Below are positions 19,461-29,735 of a DNA stretch of 64,000 nucleotides, in pieces. Position 1 is the stretch's first letter; every line of letters starts with the position of its first letter. Source of the stretch: an uncultured Gammaproteobacteria bacterium (lineage in GTDB: Bacteria; Pseudomonadota; Gammaproteobacteria; DRLM01); contig CAVSNY010000005.1 of NCBI GenBank assembly GCA_963729605.1, forward strand, positions 32,001 to 96,000, in the 5' to 3' direction. The position numbers and the translations under genes were made by a program. Under the pieces are notes generated by a model, which made no database searches, had not been told where the DNA came from, and saw nothing but the letters and a program-made list of their open reading frames with translations.

Positions 19461-20740
19461 GAAACACTCTTTGCCCGCACCATGCACAAACGAAGCATTG
19501 GAGAGACAAATACACGCGTCAGTCGCCAGAATGCCTCGCCCACCAGTGCAATCATTATCAAAAGCATGCTATGTGGCAGCCCATGCCTGCGGCCAAGTCC
19601 CAGAAAGCGGCCAGCCCCCGCCGGACTTGCCTCGGCCAGCATGGTCGCCGCGTCCAGTCGCCAGATGAATTCCTCACCCGCAGCGGCATCAGACCACGAT
19701 GCCTTGCTGAGCAGCGACAACAGGATCGGATAACTCAGAAAGATTCTGGGCAATCCGAATTCTCGCCCCCCACGCAAGGCTTCAATGGCTCGCACGTAAC
19801 GGCGCAACACGGCACTACCCGGCTGTGCTTTCAATATATAAATCAACAGTGCTTGCCCCTCACGCAACAATCGCCTTCTTCTATCATTACCAGACGGGTG
19901 CAGCCCGGTCGGTAAAGGACGCAGCGTCAGTCCGAGTTGATTGAGATCAGATGCAGTTGCCATTACTGGCAGATCAAATAGTGAACGCAAGCGATCTAGT
20001 CCCAGCCGTGCTCGCCATGTCGCTCCTAGCAGAGCAACAAAAAAATTGATAGCCACGACTGGCACAGGCACAAAAACGCGTCTGGAACGCAGACGTGACT
20101 TTGCAATTTCACTAAGAAAGATTGAAAAAGAAATGGGTACCGATGTCGCAAGATAATACACGACGGACTGAACTTCACCCCGCTCGGCAATGCGGAGCAA
20201 GCCCTCTGCAAGATCATCTACATGTATAGGTTGCACTTGGGGTGCAGGCATGAACGCCGGCAACAACGGCAATTTCTGCACGATCTTAACCAGCGTACCG
20301 TACAGCCCGCGCAATTCGCCGCCATAAACCTGCCCAGGTCGAATCACACAGCCCCCGGCAGACAATACATCGTTCTCAATACGCCATTTGATCCGCCCAT
20401 AGGCAGTAGGTGCATCAGCGCGCGCCGTCTGGCTAGATACAAAAATAAATCTCGCGCCCGCTTTGTGGGCCGAGTTGATTAGCCTTTGTGCAGCGGCCAC
20501 CTCGCCGACCTCATCCAACGAATTGCTTTCCCCTGTATTCGCTGCCAAATGCACAACGACATCCGTACCCGCAGGCAGTGCAACAACTTCACTTGAGGCC
20601 AGATCAAAATGAAGCCATGATGCGCCGGAAGATGCTGGCTGCTGGCGAGATGCCATTACGACATCGTATCCTCGCTCAACTGCCAAAGATGTAAGGCTGT
20701 TACCGATATAGCCAGTGGCACCGGTTATCACCATTCTCAT
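19457..20740 (-). CDS. NAD-dependent epimerase/SDR with C-terminal extension
   Basis: ITGATGYIG, VHLAA, YGRIK (YxxxK), QPIHVDDLA. Confidence 0.82.
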   Translation of the reverse strand: MRMVITGATGYIGNSLTSLAVERGYDVVMASRQQPASSGASWLHFDLASSEVVALPAGTDVVVHLAANTGESNSLDEVGEVAAAQRLINSAHKAGARFIFVSSQTARADAPTAYGRIKWRIENDVLSAGGCVIRPGQVYGGELRGLYGTLVKIVQKLPLLPAFMPAPQVQPIHVDDLAEGLLRIAERGEVQSVVYYLATSVPISFSIFLSEIAKSRLRSRRVFVPVPVVAINFFVALLGATWRARLGLDRLRSLFDLPVMATASDLNQLGLTLRPLPTGLHPSGNDRRRRLLREGQALLIYILKAQPGSAVLRRYVRAIEALRGGREFGLPRIFLSYPILLSLLSKASWSDAAAGEEFIWRLDAATMLAEASPAGAGRFLGLGRRHGLPHSMLLIMIALVGEAFWRLTRVFVSPMLRLCMVRAKSVS

Positions 20741-21150
20741 AAACCGGCTCCGGCAGAGTCTGTTTTCTTCAACTGAGTCTGCTGTCTGGCAAAAATGAAA
20801 TGCTTGCTAAGCAAGTAGGTCAATCCGACACAAATGACATCTGCAATGAACTTTACTGTAACTGGCTTGGGAATCCACAACAGCAACAATGCAAGAATCG
20901 CCGAAGCAACTGGCACATTCAGCGCCAGAAGTATAACATACCGGATGGCCTGCCCCCTTGCAGCAGAACCTTCAGTAACACGAAATGTGAAGTGCCTATG
21001 CGCAACGAAAGCAAAAAGACCAGCTGTAAGTTTGGCCACGATATTGGCCCCAACAGGCCCGACCGCGCCTGTGAAAAGCACAACCAAGAACATACCCATA
21101 TCAATGCCATAGGCCAGCAGCTGAATTGCGATGTAGCGGAGAAAAGTCAT
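20737..21150 (-). CDS. GtrA-family polyprenyl-P-sugar flippase
   Basis: ~137 aa, four TM segments, FLRY..., HRHFTF, SKHFIF; ATGA-coupled to upstream gene. Confidence 0.82.
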   Translation of the reverse strand: MTFLRYIAIQLLAYGIDMGMFLVVLFTGAVGPVGANIVAKLTAGLFAFVAHRHFTFRVTEGSAARGQAIRYVILLALNVPVASAILALLLLWIPKPVTVKFIADVICVGLTYLLSKHFIFARQQTQLKKTDSAGAGL

Positions 21151-21941
21151 AGCTCCACTCTGCGAATGATAATCACATGATGTAATGCAAACCACCTTTT
21201 GAATGGCGAGATCAGCGTTTCCAGCAAGCCGACAATCCCAGTGCAGGAATCCGGGAGAAGCTGCCGAAAATTTAGACCGCCGGAAAGCAGATACTTCAAA
21301 TAGTTTCCTGCGAGTTCCTGACGCACGATCTTGAGAGAGGGAAATCTTTTCTCATATAGCTCTCTATCGCGAACAAATACGATATAACTCAGCGCCTGAT
21401 TTGCGCTACTCATCGGACCAATCGCTGGGGTCTCCCAAGAGGGATAAGTCTTGTCGAAGCCTTCCGTCCGGAATAACCGCTTGTACAGAAAAGTGGCGAA
21501 CGGCCCATAATATGGCTCAAGCAAGATCGCCCCTCCGCCTGGCACCAATACCCTATCCAGCTCGTAAAAAAATCGGTCTGGATGCGGGAAGTGGTGAAAA
21601 CAATTCTGCCCGTAGATCACCTTGACAGACTGGTCTGTAAAATCCATCGCTTCCGCATTCACCACCTTGTCTAGATGAGGCGCATCCACAATATCCGTTG
21701 CCAACACTTCAGGATAGGAATCACGCATCGGCGAGATCCCGGCGCCCAACTCGACTTTTGCACCTTCACCTGAGAGGAACTGCTGCTCCAGCCTCCTAAA
21801 CAAATGATGAAATTCTATGAACACTTCGCGCAACATGCGTTTTTTCTCCAGCATCTTGCGATGTAATTCCAGCCGATTTTCACCATCAACGTCCATACCA
21901 TCGAGAAGCGGATCGCGCAGCCAATCGAGCAGCAATCTCAT
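21147..21941 (-). CDS. Class I SAM-dependent methyltransferase
   Basis: VELGAG, FHHFPHP, RVLVPGG. Confidence 0.85.
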   Translation of the reverse strand: MRLLLDWLRDPLLDGMDVDGENRLELHRKMLEKKRMLREVFIEFHHLFRRLEQQFLSGEGAKVELGAGISPMRDSYPEVLATDIVDAPHLDKVVNAEAMDFTDQSVKVIYGQNCFHHFPHPDRFFYELDRVLVPGGGAILLEPYYGPFATFLYKRLFRTEGFDKTYPSWETPAIGPMSSANQALSYIVFVRDRELYEKRFPSLKIVRQELAGNYLKYLLSGGLNFRQLLPDSCTGIVGLLETLISPFKRWFALHHVIIIRRVEL

Positions 21942-22957
21942 TTATCTGCCCCCTTCACCGATATGTCCCACGCACGGAACGCTTTATGCCTTGGCCTGCG
22001 CGGCACGGAACCAATGTCATGACCCAAGAAGGCCAATAGAAACTGCAAACCCATCAGAATGGGAAGCGCCGCCAGCATTACTGTCCCGGCCGACGTAACC
22101 GCGTTCTCCTGCGCCGAGTCGTACCAGCTGTACAGCCCAAACCCCGAGCCAAACAATAGGAGCAACAAACCCAGCGGCAGCTCGATGGATGCCAACGACA
22201 GATCACGAAGATAATAGTTGTAGAAGATGCGCTTGAAGAAATTCCGCACATGCTTGAACAAGAACTCGCCGATGATCTTTGATATCTTCAGGCTGCTCAC
22301 CTCTTCACCGTATTTCGCGCTCATGGGCACATCGACCACCACCGCCCGGAGTGTGTTGAGGCGGAACAGGATGTCGGTCTCGAAGAAATAACGTTTGCTG
22401 ATCTTAGTAAACGGCAAGTGCCGCGCAACATCTGCATGGATAGCGGTATAGCCATTGGTAGGATCGAACAGATCCCAATATCCGGTTGAGATCTTGGCCA
22501 TCAGTGACAGCACGGCATTGCCGAACAAGCGCACGCCTGGCATAACGCGAATCTCTTCGAGGTCAAAAAACCGATTTCCCTTCGTATAATCTGTTTCTCC
22601 AGCCAAGATGGGCTCAACAAAATTGGAGATAAGGCTTGGGTCCATTTGCCCATCCCCGTCCACCTTAACAATAACTTCCGCACCATCTTTAATCGCTACA
22701 CGGTAGCCAGTCATTACCGCTCCACCAACCCCCTGATTTTGCGGGTGGTACAGCACACTCACTCGATCATCTCGTACGTTAGCTTCGATAAATTTACCCG
22801 ATCCGTTAGGACAAGCGTCATCGATCACATATATACGCCAAACAAAGGGCGGAATAGCGGCTATCACATCGGCAATATGACGCGTCACCTTGTATGACGG
22901 AATGACTACGGCAATCCGCGCACCTGAAAATGGCTTCTCTATCAAATTAGAACTCAT
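21938..22957 (-). CDS. GT2 polyprenol-phosphate glycosyltransferase (GtrB/DPM-synthase-like)
   Basis: VVIPSY, IDDAC, NQGVGGA, KVDGDGQMD, KGNRF, two C-terminal TM helices. Confidence 0.9.
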   Translation of the reverse strand: MSSNLIEKPFSGARIAVVIPSYKVTRHIADVIAAIPPFVWRIYVIDDACPNGSGKFIEANVRDDRVSVLYHPQNQGVGGAVMTGYRVAIKDGAEVIVKVDGDGQMDPSLISNFVEPILAGETDYTKGNRFFDLEEIRVMPGVRLFGNAVLSLMAKISTGYWDLFDPTNGYTAIHADVARHLPFTKISKRYFFETDILFRLNTLRAVVVDVPMSAKYGEEVSSLKISKIIGEFLFKHVRNFFKRIFYNYYLRDLSLASIELPLGLLLLLFGSGFGLYSWYDSAQENAVTSAGTVMLAALPILMGLQFLLAFLGHDIGSVPRRPRHKAFRAWDISVKGADK

Positions 22958-25398
22958 TGTTTGAATGACACCTCGCTAACAGTGATGGGTATGCCGGTGT
23001 GGCCCGTTGCATAGACAATCGCAGTTATCGCACCAAGCGGAGCAGCGATTTCCATTGTGTGCGTTGTCTCGGTTGGCGTGCAGTCGAATACTTGAATATC
23101 CGTGCTTATGAACGCAGATCTTGAGTCAAGCCAGTTCACCTGTACTCGGCCCTGCGTTGGTTGGTCCTTGCAAAGCGCCGTTACGGAACCTTGATAGCGT
23201 CGGCCCCCTGTAACAGACACCGACTGCGATGCTGGCGCCCCCACAGAAACCGAAATACTGCCGGCCTGTTGCTCAGAATGCATATTGGATGGCAACGACC
23301 ACCCTTCATAAGACCAAAAATCAGGGTTCTTCAATAACTCAGTTTGAAAATACAAGCTTCTTTTTAGCCTGCGAACGGCAACTGACCCCTGTGCGTTAAT
23401 GATTTCTGTTGCATCTTCGATAATCATCCGCTTATCTGCGCTGCCCCAATTGCTGTCGATAATTATGTAATAAACGCCTTTATCCATGAGCAGTTCAGCC
23501 ACATGGTCTGATGTTGTAGCCCCCGTTACTTTTGACTGGAATTGGTAGTTGTACCAGTTTGGGTAAAGCCCATCCGAGCCAAGACCTGCTGTCAAGGGAG
23601 AAGCAAAAACCGCGACAGGGGCACGCGCCGTGTTGAGCTGGTTTACCAGCTCGACTGCATTTCTGATGGGCAGTCGATTGCTGAGGTAGTTCTCTCGACC
23701 CGAATGGCTCAACAATGGCTGTAGTGACAGATCCCCATAATATGTCCCCGACCTGAAAAACAACACGTTCAGAAAGACTGTCGCCCCTCCAACCATGTAC
23801 AGGATTTCTCTGAAGAATCCGGCGTTCATTTGTACCGTCGACAACGCCACACCAATAGCTGCAGCACCCCACGCAAACGAAGGGAAGACATAACGCAGGT
23901 AAGAAATTGATTGAAAGGTCAATGCAATGCAAAATACGGCCACTAAAAGCAGGATGACACCTCTACGCCGCCGGGAAAAAAGCAGAATCAACAGCGCAGG
24001 GAACAAGAGAAGCAGCCAAATAAAGCCTGGCGCTCCAGGTCTACTTTCCAAGAACCTCTCGGTATGGAAAGTCGCTTGATAAATCACATCCCAGGTCAGC
24101 CCTTTACCAAAGACGGCAGGCGCTTCGAATGCCACTGCAGGCCAAAATGGAGATCTGAAGAATTGGTTGAAGAATGGGAAAACAGGGTTACCTGTCAGAT
24201 ACCACGCGGTAATGTAAGGGATGGCGCCCACGGCCAGAAATAAAATCAAGCCCAACGTAATCGCGGTGAGTAAGCTGCGCTGCGCCCAATTACGATAACG
24301 CAATAGCAGTAAGAGCAGGAGCACCGGCAGAATCGTGAGTGTCACTGCCTTCGCTGCCGATGCAGCGCCTAGTAGCAAGCCGGCTACAGGCAGGTGCGCT
24401 GCTTTGTTCCCGCCTGTCTGGATTAACTTGAAAATCGATAGTGATCCTGCAACAACAAACGTTGCCCAGACAGACTCAATAAACAGGCTACTGCTTTCTG
24501 TGAAAGTGAGCGGGGTTGTCAAAAACAGCAGTACCGCCCACCTCCCGCCTTGTGCAGTTCCGCCTGCCCATATCACCAAGTCACGCACGAGCCAGGCCAA
24601 CACAAAGATGAAACCGACATTAATAAGGCGTGCAGCCGTCTCTCCCGCCAGCATGTAACCAATCGCAAATATCCAGTCACCCATCATCGGCATGACCGCC
24701 CAAACGTAGGTATTTACATCAAACCCCCATTCATGGCGTGTCGCCAGATGTCCTGGAATGAAAAGATGCATGGCAAGCGCATCATGCCCAACCTCCGGCA
24801 TAAGTGCCACGGTAAAGTGGATAAGCGCAATGACGGCGATACCCAAATCAAACCATTTTGATTCGGACGTGTGGTTCATCTTCAGCTTAATTGAATGTAT
24901 CGCGTCATATACGGAACGCCACCCCAAAACAATTGGGGCGGCCAACGCGACTCCATAGACGCCTGGATAATTGATCTGAAAATGCGCGGCAAGCCCCACG
25001 GCTGTCCCATATACGGCTCCCCCAACCAAGGCGGCGGTGATGCCTGAAATTTGCTCTTTATCTATCTTCAAAAAAGTGAGTATGCCCCTGCCCAGTATGA
25101 AAGAGGCAAAAGCAAACCATATAGTGACCAGTAGGGGCCAGATCGTGCCGGTAAAAATGGTAATTGCGAAGGCGATTACAACGCCAGCGGCCAATCGGTT
25201 AACCTTTAGCCAAGAAGAAAATGTGACAAGCACAACAAGACCAGCAGCAAGAAAGAAAAAATAACGAAATACTGAGTCCCATGCGAACGGCGACGCCGTT
25301 GGCCAGGGCATTTGCGAAAGGCCGAATAAGGTCACAGTCACCCCAATGATGACGGACATCAAGACCAAAATACTCCTAAGCACGCTCACCAACGGCAA
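22954..25398 (-). CDS. Large polytopic membrane protein, probable GT-C glycosyltransferase with C-terminal soluble beta-rich domain; exact start uncertain
   Basis: Many TM segments, HDALAMHL acidic loop motif, TGNPVFPF, RYVFP; next to GtrA/GtrB-like genes. Confidence 0.7.
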   Translation of the reverse strand: MPLVSVLRSILVLMSVIIGVTVTLFGLSQMPWPTASPFAWDSVFRYFFFLAAGLVVLVTFSSWLKVNRLAAGVVIAFAITIFTGTIWPLLVTIWFAFASFILGRGILTFLKIDKEQISGITAALVGGAVYGTAVGLAAHFQINYPGVYGVALAAPIVLGWRSVYDAIHSIKLKMNHTSESKWFDLGIAVIALIHFTVALMPEVGHDALAMHLFIPGHLATRHEWGFDVNTYVWAVMPMMGDWIFAIGYMLAGETAARLINVGFIFVLAWLVRDLVIWAGGTAQGGRWAVLLFLTTPLTFTESSSLFIESVWATFVVAGSLSIFKLIQTGGNKAAHLPVAGLLLGAASAAKAVTLTILPVLLLLLLLRYRNWAQRSLLTAITLGLILFLAVGAIPYITAWYLTGNPVFPFFNQFFRSPFWPAVAFEAPAVFGKGLTWDVIYQATFHTERFLESRPGAPGFIWLLLLFPALLILLFSRRRRGVILLLVAVFCIALTFQSISYLRYVFPSFAWGAAAIGVALSTVQMNAGFFREILYMVGGATVFLNVLFFRSGTYYGDLSLQPLLSHSGRENYLSNRLPIRNAVELVNQLNTARAPVAVFASPLTAGLGSDGLYPNWYNYQFQSKVTGATTSDHVAELLMDKGVYYIIIDSNWGSADKRMIIEDATEIINAQGSVAVRRLKRSLYFQTELLKNPDFWSYEGWSLPSNMHSEQQAGSISVSVGAPASQSVSVTGGRRYQGSVTALCKDQPTQGRVQVNWLDSRSAFISTDIQVFDCTPTETTHTMEIAAPLGAITAIVYATGHTGIPITVSEVSFKQ

Positions 25399-25820
25399 CC
25401 TTTCTGCGGTAAAAAAGCTCTGTATTCATAACTCCGATGGATTGTATATCCTCGCGCTCATACCCGACTTCAAAACCCAAGCTCGTCAAGAATGCTTGTA
25501 GTTTTTTCCATAGTTCGATACGCCAAAACCACACCCCAAATCAGCGGTAATATCTGGCAGTTTTTTGTCGATCTTCAACAAAAAAGAGTTGATCTACCTC
25601 GCACATAATAGGCGAAACCAAACCGTATGTTGAAAAGCAATCCCGCTTGGAGTCCCCTCTATGTTGAAATTTAATATCTCATCCAAATAAAACTCCTCGG
25701 AATCCGCAGGAATCGCTGGAAGGAGCCTTTTTCAGGGAACTTCGATGTGGCGGCTGAAGGCGTATCAATAAATGTCAGCGCTTTAATTAAAGTTCGTCGA
25801 AGGAAATTTTTTATTTTCAT
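25376..25820 (-). pseudogene. Eroded methyltransferase remnant
   Basis: ATG at 25820 coupled (ATGA) to upstream stop; broken frames include ITADLGCGFG (SAM motif I) and a C-terminal segment WKKLQAFL...VGERA* overlapping the next gene start. Confidence 0.55.
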
Positions 25821-28800
25821 GACTTAGTATCCTTGTAAGCATGAGGCACCCACGCCCCCCACTTGGCCTCATAAATTTTCTTGTTGTCTTCAAACAATTT
25901 TTGCCGATCTTGCTGCTTCAGTTTGTCGAATGATGCCGAGAGTTGGTGATGAATAAACACATCTTCAGCACAAACCACGCGTAAACCGAGCTGTTCTATA
26001 CGGCGACAGTAATCGTCATCTTCAAAGAATCCACGGCCAAAGGCTTCATCCAATGTGCCGACGCGTTCGCAGGTTGCGCGGGGCATCATGACGCAGAAAA
26101 AAGCGGCAGTTCTTAGCGGGTAGGTTTGCCCAATACGTCGGCGCGTGTAGGTAGCCGACTTCAGGCGCATCTCGTCCATGCCATCGTAGGTAATATCTAT
26201 CTTGGCTTCATTGCCGATATTGTTCGTTACCGGGCCGATTAAACCGATGGTTTTATCTCGTTGAAGATGCCGAACGAGAGTACGAATCCAGCCGAGCGTA
26301 ACGTAGGTGTCGTTGTTGAGCAGTACCAAGTACTCGCCGTTAGCGACAGCCAGCCCCTGGTTGTTTGCCGCAGCGAAACCCCGATTATCGTCGTTGAGGA
26401 TCAGCCTTCGGTTCTGTCCATTCGCAACCCACTCGGACAAGAATTCCGGGGTGCCATCATTGGAGGCATTATCAACCACAATGATTTCCAAAGGTTCGTA
26501 TTGACTATATTTATCGATGCTTTCAAGACACGCGTGTGTGAGATCTATGTTGTTGTAGGTTACAACAATGACGCTTACTTTGACGTCGCGGGTAACCGAC
26601 TCGGCTTGCTCAATGAGCGCTTTGGCTCGGCGTTGCCAGGTTTGCCCTTGCGCGAAGACTTTGCGTTTTTGCACTAGAGAATCGGGCTCCGGTTGACTTA
26701 ATACTTTACTCACTGCGGCGAGGAAAGCATCTTTACCTGCCACTGCGTATACCAGGCCGTCAAACTGCGCCATCTCCGGCAAATCAACGGCGACAATGGG
26801 TTTACCAGAGCCCAGATATTCGTAGGCTTTGACAGGATTCGTGGCCAAGGTAAGCGGGATAATCTTAAATGGCAACAGACAGACATCGAAGCCATGTAGA
26901 TAATGCGGCAGCTCACTGTAGGGCACTTCACCCGTGAAAGTGACGTTATCTAGCTTTGCGAGCCTTGACTTCGCATTAACGGTATCCGCACCGACCAACA
27001 ACACAGAACAATCCGGATGCTGCCTGGCGACGGACTCAACCAGATCCAGGTCAAACCACTCGGCAATTGCACCGTAGTAGCCAATAACTCGACGCCCCCA
27101 CGGATCGTGATAGATGCTATCTGGCACTTTTGCAAAGTGCTCGTATTCACCTGCATTGCGGATCAGCGCACGATACTTGGCATGGGGAGTGATGGCGTCG
27201 TCCAGCCAGGTGGATGTGGTAATGGCCAGTTCCGCTTCGCTCAATAGTTGTTTCTCTAACTGCAGCAAGGATTCGGCATTATTGCCAAAGCCTTCGTGAT
27301 AATCCATGCAATCGTAGACCAGTCGGCTGTTGGGCAGCACAGAAGCCATGTCGTACCAAAAGGGATGATTAACCAGTGAAATGATCTGCCTACAATCCGC
27401 CCAGTCCAACACTTCACCGATGCTTCGTCTGAGCTGAGCAATGGTTTCCAGACTCGGGGCATCCGAATAAATGGGAGGTGCCCCCTTGGCAAACAACTTG
27501 ATCTGAAAAAGCTGGCCCGAAGCATCCAACGCCTCAGCCTCAAAGCCGGCACGTTTGTCATCCACCAATGCTGGTGAAATGTAGAAAACCCGCCGGCCTG
27601 CTGCAGCCAAAGCCAATGCTAATTGCTGAGGTCGCTGATGACGAAAATTCCAGTCGATGACGCCCCAAACAACATAGTCCGGCTTGTCGAATTGTTGAAC
27701 GCCCGGAATAAGCGTCGGGGCGTTGAATTGCAAAACCAGAGATGGACTACTTTGAATTGACCGGATGGTTTTAAGAACCAACTGATGATAGAAAAAACTT
27801 ACCTGTTTTTTTACAGGTGGGGACAGTGGTAGTTGGTGGTACCGATTGCGTAATGTTTTGGTTATCTGCCTTTGATCTTCGCTTGTGAGCCCGTAACGAA
27901 ATAGGCGAGCAACAAATCGCAAGGGCCGGGTAAGCCGCCAAGAGGCACTTTGCTTGATCAAACTAGCAAGTGCTACAGCACTGTCTCGCTCTGCCATAGC
28001 ACTGTCTCGCTCTGCCATAGCACTGTCTCGCTCTGCCATAGCACTGTCTCGCTCTGCCACAGCACTGTCTCGCTCTGCCAATTGTCGCAAACTCGCCACA
28101 TAATAATGGCGGTACGTTTCATCCATCAACTTACGGAAAACTAAGTCAGCCGCGGATTGGTCCATCTCACTAACTGGCGGGCTTATGGGAGAAAGGTGCT
28201 CACGTGTAGCAATTACAAATTGTCGATAATGGGGCGCATTGAAGTCAAGCGCATAGAGATCCAAATTAAATCTTTCACTTGCTTCCAAAACAATATTTTT
28301 AAGAACTGGAACATTCCATGCACAAACCACAAAGCCAAGAAGTTCCTGCAACCAAGGCGCATGACCATGGCCGATTGTTTGGCAATGCCAACCTAATCGG
28401 CCAAGATGCTCAACTACCCCAGCAAGAGAAGGGAGTCCAAAACTGCGGTGCTCCTCTAGCCAAGAATAATCACGTCCGAAAATGGTGCGGTATTGATCGT
28501 CAATAGCTTTGTCGGTCTCTAACGCATCAGATGAATCCGAAGTGGGGAAACCGAGAATTAAAGTGTTTTTGCCTAGTGACGACATCCGCTCCAAGAATGT
28601 CTTCCGATGTTCGGAAGGCACATGTTCCAAAACATCTACCGCAGACACGCAATCAAATAATTGACCGTCTAATTCACTGGCAAATACGTTGCCTGTAATT
28701 TTCCCCTGTCCGGAACCCCGTGGGATCAGAGGATCAACGTAATTCATCGAGGCATCCGGCATGAATTGGCCGAACAAGCACTCTGGACCACTGCCAATAT

Positions 28801-28885
28801 CGAGAATGGTATTGCCCGCAACAAAGCCCGTTTGGCGAAGCAAATCCGAGCAGGCTTTATAGCGGCTATATTGGTCGAATATCAT
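25817..28885 (-). CDS. Multidomain methyltransferase + coiled coil + GT-B + GT2 protein
   Basis: ILDIGSG and DVLEHV (methyltransferase); (AERDSAM/V)x5 heptads; QRPQQLA, YDCMD, NPVKAYEY (GT-B); VIVVTYN, GFAAANN, LLNND, EDDDY (GT2). Confidence 0.9.
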   Translation of the reverse strand: MIFDQYSRYKACSDLLRQTGFVAGNTILDIGSGPECLFGQFMPDASMNYVDPLIPRGSGQGKITGNVFASELDGQLFDCVSAVDVLEHVPSEHRKTFLERMSSLGKNTLILGFPTSDSSDALETDKAIDDQYRTIFGRDYSWLEEHRSFGLPSLAGVVEHLGRLGWHCQTIGHGHAPWLQELLGFVVCAWNVPVLKNIVLEASERFNLDLYALDFNAPHYRQFVIATREHLSPISPPVSEMDQSAADLVFRKLMDETYRHYYVASLRQLAERDSAVAERDSAMAERDSAMAERDSAMAERDSAVALASLIKQSASWRLTRPLRFVARLFRYGLTSEDQRQITKTLRNRYHQLPLSPPVKKQVSFFYHQLVLKTIRSIQSSPSLVLQFNAPTLIPGVQQFDKPDYVVWGVIDWNFRHQRPQQLALALAAAGRRVFYISPALVDDKRAGFEAEALDASGQLFQIKLFAKGAPPIYSDAPSLETIAQLRRSIGEVLDWADCRQIISLVNHPFWYDMASVLPNSRLVYDCMDYHEGFGNNAESLLQLEKQLLSEAELAITTSTWLDDAITPHAKYRALIRNAGEYEHFAKVPDSIYHDPWGRRVIGYYGAIAEWFDLDLVESVARQHPDCSVLLVGADTVNAKSRLAKLDNVTFTGEVPYSELPHYLHGFDVCLLPFKIIPLTLATNPVKAYEYLGSGKPIVAVDLPEMAQFDGLVYAVAGKDAFLAAVSKVLSQPEPDSLVQKRKVFAQGQTWQRRAKALIEQAESVTRDVKVSVIVVTYNNIDLTHACLESIDKYSQYEPLEIIVVDNASNDGTPEFLSEWVANGQNRRLILNDDNRGFAAANNQGLAVANGEYLVLLNNDTYVTLGWIRTLVRHLQRDKTIGLIGPVTNNIGNEAKIDITYDGMDEMRLKSATYTRRRIGQTYPLRTAAFFCVMMPRATCERVGTLDEAFGRGFFEDDDYCRRIEQLGLRVVCAEDVFIHHQLSASFDKLKQQDRQKLFEDNKKIYEAKWGAWVPHAYKDTKS
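27977..28080. repeat. 21-bp coding tandem repeat x5
   Basis: AGCACTGTCTCGCTCTGCCAY repeated five times, encoding AERDSA(M/V). Confidence 0.95.
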
Positions 28886-29703
28886 GCTGGCAGCACACGA
28901 TTAATCTTATTTGAAAAATCTTCGACGTAATATCTAACTTCTTGGATTTGTTGTTCAGTCATTAAATTACGATACCCCCCTATTGATTGCGTATCTATAC
29001 TGCGGCGCGGGTTGGTTTCACCAATCGCAATTCCGTTTTCATCAAGCTCTGCATGAGGATGCTCGGGATGGCTAAGTAACGAGTCGCTCCAGCTCACCCC
29101 CAAGAACTGGACAAGTTTTAGTAACTCACTTTTTGGTGACCCGACCAAGGATTCATATCTGATCGCATAAGCGGGTTTATTGCGATCAAGCAAATCAAAA
29201 AATCCTTGATTCTTGATTTCCCAATAAAGCGCACCTACCAAATGAACAGGTAGTCCATGACGCTCTAAAGCCATATATTTTTTCTTGTATAAAGCACTGA
29301 TACTTGGGCGTTGAATCAACGCCTGAAGAATACTGCGGCCATATCGGTTTATCCAAGAAGCTCCATCCAGTGCTTTTAACCTCATCATTGATCCAATGAC
29401 ATCTAAAGCATTCCTATAGATATGAATAACTTTTTGATCTTTATAAAAAGAAGGAAATGCGCCATAGTCTGGATCGCTAAACTCCGACCACGTTAATTGC
29501 TCTGTAAAACGCGGAATTTTAAACCCCAGTAGCGCGGCCCCATTTTTAACAAGGAATTCGCTACTCTCGCCTTTTGACTCACTCACAAGAAGGTCGTAAC
29601 CAGCGGCCTCGTCGAAACACTGAATAGAAGGATGCGACTCAAGTATCAATCGGAGCATGGTTGTCCCAGAACGCTGGCAGCCAGCAATAAAAAAGCGATT
29701 CAT
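28882..29703 (-). CDS. Sulfotransferase family protein
   Basis: FIAGCQRSGTTMLR (5'-PSB loop), IYRNALDVIGS (3'-PB), IRYESLV. Confidence 0.85.
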   Translation of the reverse strand: MNRFFIAGCQRSGTTMLRLILESHPSIQCFDEAAGYDLLVSESKGESSEFLVKNGAALLGFKIPRFTEQLTWSEFSDPDYGAFPSFYKDQKVIHIYRNALDVIGSMMRLKALDGASWINRYGRSILQALIQRPSISALYKKKYMALERHGLPVHLVGALYWEIKNQGFFDLLDRNKPAYAIRYESLVGSPKSELLKLVQFLGVSWSDSLLSHPEHPHAELDENGIAIGETNPRRSIDTQSIGGYRNLMTEQQIQEVRYYVEDFSNKINRVLPA

Positions 29704-29735
29704 TAACCACCTCTAAAATTTTGCACAGCGCTCTC

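Noticed and set aside
25411-25429. Phase-variable T6 tract linking ATG 25429 to the GT-C-like gene
   Set aside because: That ATG is better explained as an internal codon of the upstream pseudogene's last frame, and its GGAG is only 2 nt away
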